Virus record (IMG/VR): IMGVR_UViG_3300044701_003160
Location: 155,019 to 219,018 of that record
DNA: 64,000 bases
Reading direction: 5' to 3' (one strand)
Made by a program: the position numbers and the translations under genes. Under the pieces are notes generated by a model. It ran no database searches, was not told the DNA's origin, and saw only the letters and a list, made by a program, of their open reading frames with translations. Positions 1 through 9,550 of this stretch are shown in pieces; the first letter of the stretch is position 1; every line of letters begins with the position of its first letter.

Positions 1-127
1 TCTGGAATATTTGCCTGATTGCAAAAGAAAGCAACTTTAGGAGTTCTTGTTATAGTAAACTTAAATCCTGTTGGAGATAGAAAATTTCTATTCTCAATTT
101 GCCCTTTAGTCATCGTTTTTTAAGTAT

Positions 128-466
128 TTAGGTTGATTTTTCTCTATTATCTTTATAGTGACGAATTCTATGACAATTAGAACAAAGCATAATACATTTT
201 TTTGCTTCTTCCATTATAGTATTAATATTTCCATCTAGTCTTGGAGCAATTTCAAAAGACTTTAATGATGGATCTATGTGATGAAAATCATAACAACAAA
301 CAGGAAAACTATTTTGACAATCGTGACATTTATTGTTGAAATATTCAACTAAATGTTGTTTATGTTTATCTCTGCGTATCATTACATTCATTCTATGATT
401 TTCTGCTTTTCTTTTAGTTCTTCCTTCTCCATAATATCCAGATATATTTTTAATTGGTCTAGGCAT
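128..466 (-). CDS. Free-standing HNH endonuclease
   Basis: CHDC...DFHHIDP...CIMLCSNCHRIRH zinc/HNH motif; lies directly downstream of gp23 with its own late promoter. Confidence 0.85.
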   Translation of the reverse strand: MPRPIKNISGYYGEGRTKRKAENHRMNVMIRRDKHKQHLVEYFNNKCHDCQNSFPVCCYDFHHIDPSLKSFEIAPRLDGNINTIMEEAKKCIMLCSNCHRIRHYKDNREKST

Positions 467-490
467 CGATCACAATATATTCTTACAATT

Positions 491-498
491 TATTTATA
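491..498 (-). promoter_or_regulatory. T4-type late promoter TATAAATA for the HNH gene
   Basis: Exact TATAAATA on minus strand, 25 nt upstream of the HNH ATG. Confidence 0.75.
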
Positions 499-523
499 AA
501 AAAAGAGACCCTTTCGGGTCTCT
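498..523 (-). terminator. Intrinsic terminator after gp23
   Basis: AGAGACCC-GAAA-GGGTCTCT followed by T7 on minus strand. Confidence 0.9.
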
Positions 524-544
524 GTCGTTTAATGTGGATAATTA

Positions 545-1966
545 TCACATTAAATTTTTGACCGCAACTCTTCTGTAATAGCGGTTGCTATTAACAGTAA
601 GAGCTCCAAGACCTTGAGTGGTTCCTTCTGCGAATGGGTTGGCGACCAGACCATATCTAGTCTTAAAGCCAATCTTGGGCTGGAAGGAGTTCTCACCAAC
701 GGCACGAACCATTTGGAGAGGAACATAAGGACAATAGAAGAGTCCAGCGTCATAAGGTGAAGAACCCTTATAACCAACAACGTAGTACTGATTACCAGGA
801 CCAGCATTACCTGAAGTAAGGTTTGCCGAATATGGGTCAATATAGACGCGGAATTTGCCCATCAGAGTACCAGCAAAGGTGTTGCCGGTATCATCGACTT
901 GCAGGTTAGCATTGAGTGCAGGGGTGTAATCAAGTACACCAGCCATGGTCAGTGCTGAAGCAACGTCAGCAGAGCAAAGAACGATGTTGCCCTTTCCTCT
1001 ACGAGTTCTTTGAGCGATAGCGTTAGCATCTCTCTCAATTTGGAACAGAAGACCTTTGAACTTCTCAACCGACCAACGACCGTTGGAGTCAACGTCGAGG
1101 TCAAAGATACCAGCGGTAGCAACGTTCTGCGAAGCACCCTTTTCTGCGGTCATATAGATGGTTCTGATGACTTCGCGGTTGATTTCAGCAAGAATCTCAG
1201 TTGAGAGAATGTTTGCTAATTCCGCTTCAGCATTCAGACCGTGGATTGCCTTGAGGTCTTGAGCGAGTTCTAACGAATACTCAGCCTTCAGAGCGCGTGA
1301 CTTTGCAGTAACGGTGACTTTCTCGATTGAGAACGCCATCTGGTTAAATGCATCACCAGCATTACCATCAAGGTTTTCTGCGTTGCCGGTTGGCATACCA
1401 CCACCAACGTTATAGTCAGCAGCAGCAGGGTTACCTGAAACAGGATTGAGAACTCCAGGGTTTGAACCTCTTTGAGTTGTAGTACCAATACCAGCAGCTT
1501 CACTGCTAAATCCTGCAGTGACATTAAATCCGGCATCCTGACCTGAGAATGCAGAATCTACTTCGTTGTAGAACGTTTCAGCGCCACTTTGATTGGTGTA
1601 ACGTGAACGCATCGCGAAGATGAGTCCAGTAGGACCACTCATTGGTTGAACGCCAGCGAGGTCATAAGCGACCAGGTTAGGCATCGAACGTCTAATCAAA
1701 GAGATCAGAACGGGATCAAAACCAGCAGTAGGACCACCAGGTGTAGAACCACCGGTGAATCCGCCGGTTCCTGCCGAGTTGGTTGGTGATTCCATGAGCA
1801 TACTCATAGAACCATTATCGAAAGCACTTTGCTCTCTTAAGAATTTTTCTTGGTTTTCTAACAGGACAGCGGTTACAGCTCTACGATGAGAATCTTTGAT
1901 TGTATCAAGACCCTGATAGTCGAGAAGGGGTGCCCACTTTTCCTGCAGATGTTCGGAATGAAACAT
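545..1966 (-). CDS. gp23: Major capsid protein
   Basis: KWAPLLD, FDPVLISLIRRSMPNLVAYDLAGVQPMSGPTGLIFAMRSRY, KSRALKAEYSLELAQDLKAIHGL, QPKIGFKTRYG: T4 gp23 signature motifs. Confidence 0.99.
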   Translation of the reverse strand: MFHSEHLQEKWAPLLDYQGLDTIKDSHRRAVTAVLLENQEKFLREQSAFDNGSMSMLMESPTNSAGTGGFTGGSTPGGPTAGFDPVLISLIRRSMPNLVAYDLAGVQPMSGPTGLIFAMRSRYTNQSGAETFYNEVDSAFSGQDAGFNVTAGFSSEAAGIGTTTQRGSNPGVLNPVSGNPAAADYNVGGGMPTGNAENLDGNAGDAFNQMAFSIEKVTVTAKSRALKAEYSLELAQDLKAIHGLNAEAELANILSTEILAEINREVIRTIYMTAEKGASQNVATAGIFDLDVDSNGRWSVEKFKGLLFQIERDANAIAQRTRRGKGNIVLCSADVASALTMAGVLDYTPALNANLQVDDTGNTFAGTLMGKFRVYIDPYSANLTSGNAGPGNQYYVVGYKGSSPYDAGLFYCPYVPLQMVRAVGENSFQPKIGFKTRYGLVANPFAEGTTQGLGALTVNSNRYYRRVAVKNLM

Positions 1967-2027
1967 TTGCGTTTACCTTTTTACTAAGTGTTTGTTTTGT
2001 TTTGGGTTTGAATTATATTAAATTCAA

Positions 2028-3200
2028 TTATTTACTAAATGCTGAGAGTGTCTTCAGATAAGCAGACATTGACTGTGAGTGTGACTCATGAGCAACACTT
2101 ACTCCTTCTGAAAGAGTATCAGATTTAGTTGTTGGAGCAACTACTCTTGAAGGGAAATATGATTCCTTCAAAGTCTCCAGTTTTTCACGATATTCTTCTT
2201 CACTTTCAAACTCAACACTTTCGGCAAGTGAAGCGAGCTTGTCTTTCTGAGTGGCTGCGAGACCATCAGAGACTTGTTCAAAGATTCCATCAGCAACCGA
2301 CTCTGCGAGACGCTTGTTAAGGGAAACGTTTTTCTCAATTTGCTCGTTGAGTTTTGTCTCCATTTCATCAAGTTTTTCTACCATACTCTCAAGTACATTA
2401 TATTTTTCTTCAGGGATTGTTACATAATGTTCTTCAAAAAGACTCTTCATTCCATTAAGGAATGATTCGGTCATTTCGGTCTTAAGACCATTTTCAATAA
2501 CGAGTGCATTTTCTTGCATCCACTCGTCAGAAACATACTCAAGGTATGCATCTACACGCTCTGCAAGTTCAGTCTTAATTTCTTCGACTTCTTCTGCAAG
2601 AGCAACGGCATATTGCTCTTCAATAGCTTCCTTAATTTCGGAAACTTTAGAGCGAAGAGCCGCTTCAAAGATTGTACGTGCTTTTTCTTGGAACTCTTCG
2701 GAGAGTTCTTCACCTTCTAAGAGAGCATTAACATCTTCATCGATGTTAAACTCTTCCTTTACTTCTTCCTCTTCATCCTCATCATCTTCATCATCTTCTT
2801 CTTCTTTCTTACCTTTTTTCTTACCGCCTTCTTCCTCTTCCTCTTCTTCGTGCTTCGCTTCTACGATCTCATCTTCAGTTTCTTCTTCAATTAGATCCTC
2901 ATCATCCAATTCTTCCTCTTCCTTCATACCCTTCATTGGATCAGCAGCTTTAGCACCTTTATTGACAACATCTCTTACTTGCTTAAGAGTTGTTCCGGGT
3001 GTCTTGAGTTTTGCCGAATCGTCATCGGACTTATAATTCTCTGGTGTTGGTCCACCAAGATCTTCCCAACCTGCTGTTTGTCCATCAGGAATGTTACCTG
3101 ATAATTTTGGCATCGCGTCTGCCGCTTTTGCATTTGCATTAACAGCGGTTCTGGATTGCTTTGTGCCTACTTCCATTTCTTGTAAATCTCCACGAGACAT
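2028..3200 (-). CDS. gp22: Prohead core scaffolding protein
   Basis: Acidic coiled coil with LSEEFQEKARTIFEAAL, VDAYLEYV..EW, LKESYF motifs; lies between gp21 and gp23. Confidence 0.93.
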   Translation of the reverse strand: MSRGDLQEMEVGTKQSRTAVNANAKAADAMPKLSGNIPDGQTAGWEDLGGPTPENYKSDDDSAKLKTPGTTLKQVRDVVNKGAKAADPMKGMKEEEELDDEDLIEEETEDEIVEAKHEEEEEEEGGKKKGKKEEEDDEDDEDEEEEVKEEFNIDEDVNALLEGEELSEEFQEKARTIFEAALRSKVSEIKEAIEEQYAVALAEEVEEIKTELAERVDAYLEYVSDEWMQENALVIENGLKTEMTESFLNGMKSLFEEHYVTIPEEKYNVLESMVEKLDEMETKLNEQIEKNVSLNKRLAESVADGIFEQVSDGLAATQKDKLASLAESVEFESEEEYREKLETLKESYFPSRVVAPTTKSDTLSEGVSVAHESHSQSMSAYLKTLSAFSK

Positions 3201-3238
3201 TTGAACTCTCCGTTTAACCTTAAGTTATAAACTATATT

Positions 3239-3246
3239 TATTTATA
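3239..3246 (-). promoter_or_regulatory. Late promoter upstream of gp22
   Basis: TATAAATA on minus strand in the gp21-gp22 gap; GGAGAG RBS before the ATG. Confidence 0.8.
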
Positions 3247-3256
3247 AATTAACAAA

Positions 3257-3907
3257 TTACAACGAATTTAAGAACTCATTAAAGAGGGATAATTTATATT
3301 CTTCAAGAACATTTTCATCAACAAGAGTATTAATTCTCTTATAAGTTTTTTCCGCTGCCTTCTCTTTTAAAATACCACCATCCCAGCACCACTCCTTTCC
3401 TTCCATAATTCCCTGAACAAATGCATCAGGTGCAGAAGGATCAGCAACAATATCAGCAGCAGTTGCAAGCATAAAATCTTCACCAACTTCGTTGTATCCT
3501 TCTTTTGTTGGTTTTACTGATCCAATACCACGAGAAGAAACGCCAAGAGTTACTCCTTCTTTAAGAAGTGACTCTGCAATTTTTCCCATAGGAGTAGAAA
3601 GAATCTGAGCTTTTCCAATAAAATTATTTCCTTCTCGATGAAGTGAAACAATTTTATGAGAAACCCGATCCAGATTTACAGTAGGTCCATCAGGATGTCC
3701 AAGTTCTCCAAGAGCACGACCCTTATTCACATACTGTTCAGTATATCTTTTAACTTCTCTTTCCATTACTGGAAGACGATATACTCTATTATTGCGATTG
3801 GGTTGCTCAGTTTGAAGGAAAGGTCCTTGAATATAAAGAGTTTTTTTACCGTTTACAGTTTCGGTAATAACTTCTACTGATTCAATTTCTTCGGTGATGA
3901 GTTTCAT
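3257..3907 (-). CDS. gp21: Prohead protease
   Basis: MKLITE start (ATG at 3907, trimmed from ORF track), NRNNRVY, RALGELGHP, GVSSRGIGS, DIVADPSAPDAFV. Confidence 0.97.
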   Translation of the reverse strand: MKLITEEIESVEVITETVNGKKTLYIQGPFLQTEQPNRNNRVYRLPVMEREVKRYTEQYVNKGRALGELGHPDGPTVNLDRVSHKIVSLHREGNNFIGKAQILSTPMGKIAESLLKEGVTLGVSSRGIGSVKPTKEGYNEVGEDFMLATAADIVADPSAPDAFVQGIMEGKEWCWDGGILKEKAAEKTYKRINTLVDENVLEEYKLSLFNEFLNSL

Positions 3908-3908
3908 T

Positions 3909-4463
3909 TTACGCTTGCCCCGTAATTTGTATTTGTTGGAAGTAAAGTGTTCCTGATGCACCAACACCATAAGCAGAAATTTTTTGAGATGCTCTCACAT
4001 CTGCATACGTTGGATTGAATGCTGTTACAATACCGGAGGAATCGTAACCGACAGTCATTCTTGTTTGATAATATCCACCAACTCCCGAAGTTGTATTGAC
4101 TGAAAGAACAGGAGCGTGAGTAATATTATAATATGATTGACCATCTACTGATAATGAAACATAATCGCCCACACCAAAGGGAACTTGAGTTCCTTCTGGA
4201 ACATCAATTATAGTCGTTGTCCCAGTTGTAACACCAACAACTCTATTTGATGCTTTTGTTAGAGCAAGAGTTGCGGATTGGCCCGAAGGAATAAAATAAT
4301 CAGTTATAGTCGCTGAAGGTCCAGTTCCGATTGCAACGTGAGCGGAAGCACCAACTGCAATTACTCTCAGAACATTTGATTGCACTGAAAAAGAGGAAGA
4401 TGTCGTTGCTGTACCTGCCGAAAATGCAAAGGAGGAACCTAGTCCAACTGGTATATGAGCCAT
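3909..4463 (-). CDS. Probable virion structural protein (S/T/G/V-rich, beta-rich)
   Basis: 184-aa ORF in the head gene cluster with a late promoter at 4489-4496. Confidence 0.6.
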   Translation of the reverse strand: MAHIPVGLGSSFAFSAGTATTSSSFSVQSNVLRVIAVGASAHVAIGTGPSATITDYFIPSGQSATLALTKASNRVVGVTTGTTTIIDVPEGTQVPFGVGDYVSLSVDGQSYYNITHAPVLSVNTTSGVGGYYQTRMTVGYDSSGIVTAFNPTYADVRASQKISAYGVGASGTLYFQQIQITGQA

Positions 4464-4488
4464 TATTTTTTAAAATACACTTATTAGT

Positions 4489-4496
4489 TATTTATA
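4489..4496 (-). promoter_or_regulatory. Late promoter
   Basis: TATAAATA on minus strand, 26 nt upstream of the ATG at 4463. Confidence 0.75.
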
Positions 4497-4519
4497 AATT
4501 ATGGATTACCTATTACAAA

Positions 4520-4675
4520 TCATTCTTCTTCACCACCACCAAACATAGAGTTTGCTACTTCAGGACGAACTTGGTCAATTTTTTCTGATGCCTTAGCAAA
4601 CAAAAGATCTTTGATTTTATCGCTAATCTGAGATGGTGACTCGTCAGTAGCAATCATATCCAGTAAATCATCCAT
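4520..4675 (-). CDS. Small acidic protein downstream of portal (possible prohead core component)
   Basis: Hand-translated 51 aa MDDLLDMIATDESPSQISDKIKDLLFAKASEKIDQVRPEVANSMFGGGEEE; occupies the position of T4 gp67/68. Confidence 0.65.
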   Translation of the reverse strand: MDDLLDMIATDESPSQISDKIKDLLFAKASEKIDQVRPEVANSMFGGGEEE

Positions 4676-4703
4676 TATTATAATCCAAATTAAGAATCGA
4701 CAT

Positions 4704-4711
4704 TATTTATA
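4704..4711 (-). promoter_or_regulatory. Late promoter overlapping the gp20 stop
   Basis: TATAAATA on minus strand containing the gp20 TAA. Confidence 0.7.
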
Positions 4712-6398
4712 TTTCGCCACCTTTAGGCATTTCTATTGTTTTAGTATCTACTTGAGTTGCTTTTGCATCTGATCTCAAATCTGGTTCCATTACTGGTTGA
4801 CCAAGATCCATTCCTGCAGTTTCTGGGGTCAAAGGCATACCTGTTGTCGGATCTACTGGAATACTTGGATCTGGAATAATACCATCTTTAATTTCTTTTT
4901 CAATTAGCGCATCTTGCTCTAAAATTTCAATATCAGTTTGTCTCAAAATCTTACGTCTTACATAATCTTGAGAAAAATATTTACCAATATAAGGTTCAGC
5001 AACTTGAACCATATTCAATCTCTCATTTAATAACTCTGCGTCTTTAAGTTCTGCAAAGTGATTATCATATAAGAAATCATACTGAATATGCTCATCCATT
5101 TGTTGCCAGTCTTCTGGCGTAATGATGTTCTTAAGAATGAGTTGAGTTCTCAACATATCACTAAACATATATGAGAATCTCTTTCTTAATCTTGAAACAA
5201 ATTTGCTGAACTTAACTTCATCACGGAGAATCTCTGAAGATCTTCCAAGATTAAAGCCACCTTCTCCATCCATTCTTGATGGCGGAACATTCAGAGATCG
5301 ATAGAGTTTTTTCTTAAAGTATTCAATATCTGTAATTTCTCCAAGATTTTGGCCACCTGGAAGAGTCGTAATTTCAGTTCCTCTGCCACCTTCACGACGA
5401 GGTAACCAAAAGTCCTCAAGCATCGACATAAACTTTTTATCATCACGAACCTCACCAGTATTTGCATCATATACTAGTTTGTTACGATAACGCATCATTA
5501 CGTCACGAAGATATTGTTCTGCCTTTACTTTTGGAAGATTGCCAACATCAATATAGAAAATACGACGTTCTGGTGCGCGTGATAGTCTATAAATTACCAA
5601 AGAGTCTTCAATCATACGAAGTTGATTGAGAGACTTAATTGCTTTGTGTAGATATGAAAGCGTTGATCCCTTGTTTCTATCTACAAGACCAGAAGTACAA
5701 TAGGTGACAGAATCCTTGGTCATACGAATTCCAGCATTTGATCCACCCATAGATCCAGGAGCTGGAGTTCCTGTGGGATAGGTCATTTTTGGTTCATATA
5801 CAAAATATTCTTCAATCTCAGGAAACTCATAATCCATCGGATTATCGACCATTCGATTTGAAACTCTATACTTATCTCCTTCTTTTTTCTTTGCTTGACG
5901 AACATAACGCATTTTCATAGCGTCTATGTATCTCAGTTCCTGTATTCCTGCTTCTGGATTTTTAAAATCAATTACTTTGTGATAATAAAGTCTACCATCA
6001 ACATACCAATTCCTATAAATTTCGTGAGACTTTTTATCAAAATCTAAAAGTTCTAAAATATGCTTAAATTCTTGTCTAATTTTCTTCTTAATACCATCAC
6101 TTGCGTTCAAATTATCCAAATCAATTTGAACTGGACTATCATTTGTATCTGATACAATTGCTTCATTTACAATATCTTCAATAGCACTATCACACTCTGG
6201 GTGAAGTGCCATTTCACGATATCTTTTAATGAGATCAAATTCAGTTCTGTAAACACCTTCAATATCTACATACGAACCAAAAAAACCACTACTTAAATAA
6301 TGATCAACCCCGTCCTCCTTATTGGGAGGAACGGGGGAAACAACACCGGATGATAATGGCTCATTATCTTCAATTGAAAAACCAAAAAGTTTCGCCAT
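4707..6398 (-). CDS. gp20: Portal vertex protein
   Basis: YREMALHPECDSAIEDIVNEAI, LRMIEDSLVIYRLSRAPERRIFYIDVGNLP, EDFWLPRREGGRGTEITTLPGG. Confidence 0.99.
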   Translation of the reverse strand: MAKLFGFSIEDNEPLSSGVVSPVPPNKEDGVDHYLSSGFFGSYVDIEGVYRTEFDLIKRYREMALHPECDSAIEDIVNEAIVSDTNDSPVQIDLDNLNASDGIKKKIRQEFKHILELLDFDKKSHEIYRNWYVDGRLYYHKVIDFKNPEAGIQELRYIDAMKMRYVRQAKKKEGDKYRVSNRMVDNPMDYEFPEIEEYFVYEPKMTYPTGTPAPGSMGGSNAGIRMTKDSVTYCTSGLVDRNKGSTLSYLHKAIKSLNQLRMIEDSLVIYRLSRAPERRIFYIDVGNLPKVKAEQYLRDVMMRYRNKLVYDANTGEVRDDKKFMSMLEDFWLPRREGGRGTEITTLPGGQNLGEITDIEYFKKKLYRSLNVPPSRMDGEGGFNLGRSSEILRDEVKFSKFVSRLRKRFSYMFSDMLRTQLILKNIITPEDWQQMDEHIQYDFLYDNHFAELKDAELLNERLNMVQVAEPYIGKYFSQDYVRRKILRQTDIEILEQDALIEKEIKDGIIPDPSIPVDPTTGMPLTPETAGMDLGQPVMEPDLRSDAKATQVDTKTIEMPKGGEI

Positions 6399-6433
6399 AA
6401 TTTATTTTTTAACTTAGTTCTTTAGTCTATTTA

Positions 6434-7003
6434 TTATGCTTCTTCATTGGTAGGAGTCCAGTACTGAACTTGGAACTCTACGGTAAATTCTTCAATTGTG
6501 TCACTAGTATCATAAGAAAGGTCAATCGCCGCAATATTAGTTGGGAAAATATCATAGAACTTGTAGGTTTGTGCAACTTCAAGACCAGATCCAACAGGAG
6601 AATCAAAACCTACGTTGCTCCTACCTCTCTTAAACTGCTTAACGAAAGCATTAACCATATAGTCATTAGGATCAGTAAAACCACTTCCATCAGCATATTG
6701 TCCGATGGATTGCATCCAAGCTTCCATTTGATTTCTAATAGCGAAATCTTGATCGTTGATAACCGTGATTGTCCAAGTATCAAATGTACGATCACCAGCA
6801 ACTTTGAAAATTCTTCCTCTAAACGGAACGTCAATTGATGCAATATTAGATGCAGGAAGTGCAGCTGATTTACATAACATTTTAAAGTTATTTGGTAATG
6901 CACCAGATCCTGGAATATTTCCGGGAATAGTTACTTCAAATAGATTGGGGCGGGCACCGCCCCCGATGAGTGCTGATTTAAAATCCTGAATAGAATGTGC
7001 CAT
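6434..7003 (-). CDS. gp19: Tail tube protein
   Basis: GGARPNLFEV, CKSAALPAS, PFRGRIFKVAGDRTFDTWTITV, IEEFTVEFQVQYW. Confidence 0.97.
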   Translation of the reverse strand: MAHSIQDFKSALIGGGARPNLFEVTIPGNIPGSGALPNNFKMLCKSAALPASNIASIDVPFRGRIFKVAGDRTFDTWTITVINDQDFAIRNQMEAWMQSIGQYADGSGFTDPNDYMVNAFVKQFKRGRSNVGFDSPVGSGLEVAQTYKFYDIFPTNIAAIDLSYDTSDTIEEFTVEFQVQYWTPTNEEA

Positions 7004-7037
7004 TTTTTAAGTCCTCCTTGTTGTATTTTGGTTTAAA

Positions 7038-9239
7038 TCAAACAGTACCAGCAACTTCGTCAAAACTTACGCCCGTTCTGGTAGCAACGAATGTGAGTGT
7101 GACATAGTTAATAGACTTGGCAGGCTTCAGGTAAATATCAGCTCTGAATTCATTGTTGTCAATAACATCTGGAGTGTTATTTGATGCATCACAAACGACT
7201 AAGAATCCATAAAGACCGCGTTTTGCCTGAACATCACGGAGGTATGGTTCGACAATATTTCTAAAGTTCGCTCTCGTAATCTCATCATTCAGTTCAAAAA
7301 GTTGTGCTTGAGCACTTCTTTGGAGTGCCTGTTCAACAGTGAGGAATAGACGACGAACGTTAATTCGGTCAAATGCAGATGCATATCCAAGAGCGGTTTT
7401 ATCGCCAAAGAGAAGAATTCCAATTCCAGGTTGATTAACGATTGCGTTAATTCTCTGTGGATAAAGTTGATCTCTTTGTGCTTTATTTGGGTTATATGCA
7501 AGTTTGATTGCATTATTCAGAATGCCTCTCTGCTGACCTGCGGGAGAGAACCAAGGATAGGCAACAACAGAAGTTCTAACCATCAATCCAGCAACATCTG
7601 GGTTGCAAGGAAGATAACGGAATTTATTGTTAAACCTATCATAGGTGTACTTATATCCTGCATCAAAAACTGCATAAGATGATGATGCTAATGGAGAGAA
7701 GAATTCTAATATATTATCAGTTTGAGTATCAGAATTAGTAATATCTACAACATCTGCACGATGAGGTGAAATTACTGCAACACAATCCTTTCTTCCATTA
7801 GCAATAGAAATTAAGTGATTTGCTTTTGCTTGGGATTCAAATTTGTTACCTAAACCGGGACCCATAATTAAGTAATCAACTTCAATTTCATCTTTATTTG
7901 AGAATAAATTATACGCAGTAAAGAGATCTCCAAGAGTTGCAGTCATACCACCGACCGCGCCATCATAATCTTTACCGCCAGATAAATTATAAGTTACATT
8001 TCCAAGAGCACTATATGTCTTATCTTGAGCATCTTTATTCCAAAGACCCTCAGAATTTGTATATTCAACAAATCCAGTAGAAAATCCAGTAGCAACAACT
8101 GGTTCATTTGCATTTAATTCATCAGAAGGATTATCTCCAACATAAACATAATTTGAATATACTGCAAGATAATTTTTCCACCAAATTTTTTGTGGAGAAT
8201 TTACTGCTGAAATTGCATCAGTTGCTTTAGATAGTCCAATATGCTTTTCAAGAAGATTTCCTTGAATTCCAGTAACTGTTCCAGTATCGTCAACAATAAC
8301 TACGTGAATTTCATCACTCTGTCCGTTTCTATTAACAGCATATTGTGAAGTTCCTGGTTTTGGTGCGATTGAATTCCAATAAATTGTAGTATTCGTTAGT
8401 GTTAAAGTTTGCTGATCATACCAGTCGCGAATTGGATTGGTTCCAGTATTAACTGTTGCAGTATCAACAAAATCTCCACTACTATCAATCAAAGTAACTA
8501 CTAAATTACCAGTTCCAGTTGATGTTCTAAATGATCTCAACTGTGATTTTTGTGCATAAGTTATTTCAGTTTCGACATTTGAAGTTGAAACAATCGAATG
8601 AATTTTAACGTCAAGAGTACTTGCACCAATTCCAGTAACAATTCCTTTTAGGTATCCATTAAATACTGAAGTTGTTCCAATTCCAGCTGCGGGTACGTTG
8701 GTGAGTGTTGTTGTAATACCCATACCAACTGTTACATTTGCAGTAACTGCGGCACCTACATTAATAATTTGATCTGCTTTGTCGTCAATTACACAAACCT
8801 TTAAGTTGTTTGCCCAAGAGCCTGGGTTCTTTGCGGCAAAGATATAGTTTGCAATATCATCTGCATAGTTTGCCTCATAATCATCAAAATTCTTGATTTT
8901 GAGTGAGGTGTCTCCTGCAGTAGAAACTCCTGCAGAATTACGAATAGCATTTGCAGATCTTAGATTGTCGCCATCTACTCTAGCTACCTTAAGAACACCA
9001 CCATATGAAAGAAATGAAGATGCACTCATCCAGTATTCATATTGTGAATCTGAAGAGATTGGTTTTCCAAAAACATTAAGTAATTCGTTTTCTGTAGTAA
9101 TATCAATTGCTTCATCAACTGGACCAATTGCAAAAGGACCTGCAATAGCTCCAATGTTATCTAAAACATTATCAGCTCTTCCTACTGTTAGATCAACCTC
9201 TCTGACGAGTACGCCTGGAGATAATTGAGGAGTCGCCAT
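7038..9239 (-). CDS. gp18: Tail sheath protein
   Basis: LSPGVLVREVDLT, YPWFSPAG..RG, GDKT...SAFDRINVRRLF, IYLKPAKSINYVTLTFVA. Confidence 0.98.
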   Translation of the reverse strand: MATPQLSPGVLVREVDLTVGRADNVLDNIGAIAGPFAIGPVDEAIDITTENELLNVFGKPISSDSQYEYWMSASSFLSYGGVLKVARVDGDNLRSANAIRNSAGVSTAGDTSLKIKNFDDYEANYADDIANYIFAAKNPGSWANNLKVCVIDDKADQIINVGAAVTANVTVGMGITTTLTNVPAAGIGTTSVFNGYLKGIVTGIGASTLDVKIHSIVSTSNVETEITYAQKSQLRSFRTSTGTGNLVVTLIDSSGDFVDTATVNTGTNPIRDWYDQQTLTLTNTTIYWNSIAPKPGTSQYAVNRNGQSDEIHVVIVDDTGTVTGIQGNLLEKHIGLSKATDAISAVNSPQKIWWKNYLAVYSNYVYVGDNPSDELNANEPVVATGFSTGFVEYTNSEGLWNKDAQDKTYSALGNVTYNLSGGKDYDGAVGGMTATLGDLFTAYNLFSNKDEIEVDYLIMGPGLGNKFESQAKANHLISIANGRKDCVAVISPHRADVVDITNSDTQTDNILEFFSPLASSSYAVFDAGYKYTYDRFNNKFRYLPCNPDVAGLMVRTSVVAYPWFSPAGQQRGILNNAIKLAYNPNKAQRDQLYPQRINAIVNQPGIGILLFGDKTALGYASAFDRINVRRLFLTVEQALQRSAQAQLFELNDEITRANFRNIVEPYLRDVQAKRGLYGFLVVCDASNNTPDVIDNNEFRADIYLKPAKSINYVTLTFVATRTGVSFDEVAGTV

Positions 9240-9272
9240 TTTTTTCTCCGTAATCTCAGTTTAACTAAAAAT

Positions 9273-9279
9273 TATTTAT
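9273..9279 (-). promoter_or_regulatory. Late promoter upstream of gp18
   Basis: ATAAATA on minus strand, 34 nt upstream of the ATG; GGAGA RBS. Confidence 0.7.
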
Positions 9280-9319
9280 TAAAACGACACTTTACGTAGG
9301 GGAAATAAGACGCGAATAT

Positions 9320-9550
9320 CTACCAATCAGGATATTCCCATTTTATATTATGCAATTGTCTTTTTTTGGACTCAATAACCCTCTTTACAGTACATTCTTT
9401 ACATTCATAAGAAAAAGAAGATGCAACAGGCCCTCTATCTTTGCGTGTTCTATAAAATCCATCTATTAAATTTTTTACCTCACAACAAACTCTACATTCT
9501 CTATCAGTAAGCAACAAATGACCTAATTTGATTTGCTTATCTAAATCCAT
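9320..9550 (-). CDS. Small CxxC...CxxC zinc-finger protein
   Basis: CRVC...FYRT...YECKEC; ATG at 9550 overlaps the gp17 TGA (TGATG). Confidence 0.65.
   Translation of the reverse strand: MDLDKQIKLGHLLLTDRECRVCCEVKNLIDGFYRTRKDRGPVASSFSYECKECTVKRVIESKKRQLHNIKWEYPDW

Noticed and set aside
2743-3036. Plus-strand poly-Ser ORF and the GAA/GAT-rich repeat
   Set aside because: It is the antisense shadow of the Glu/Asp-rich linker of gp22.
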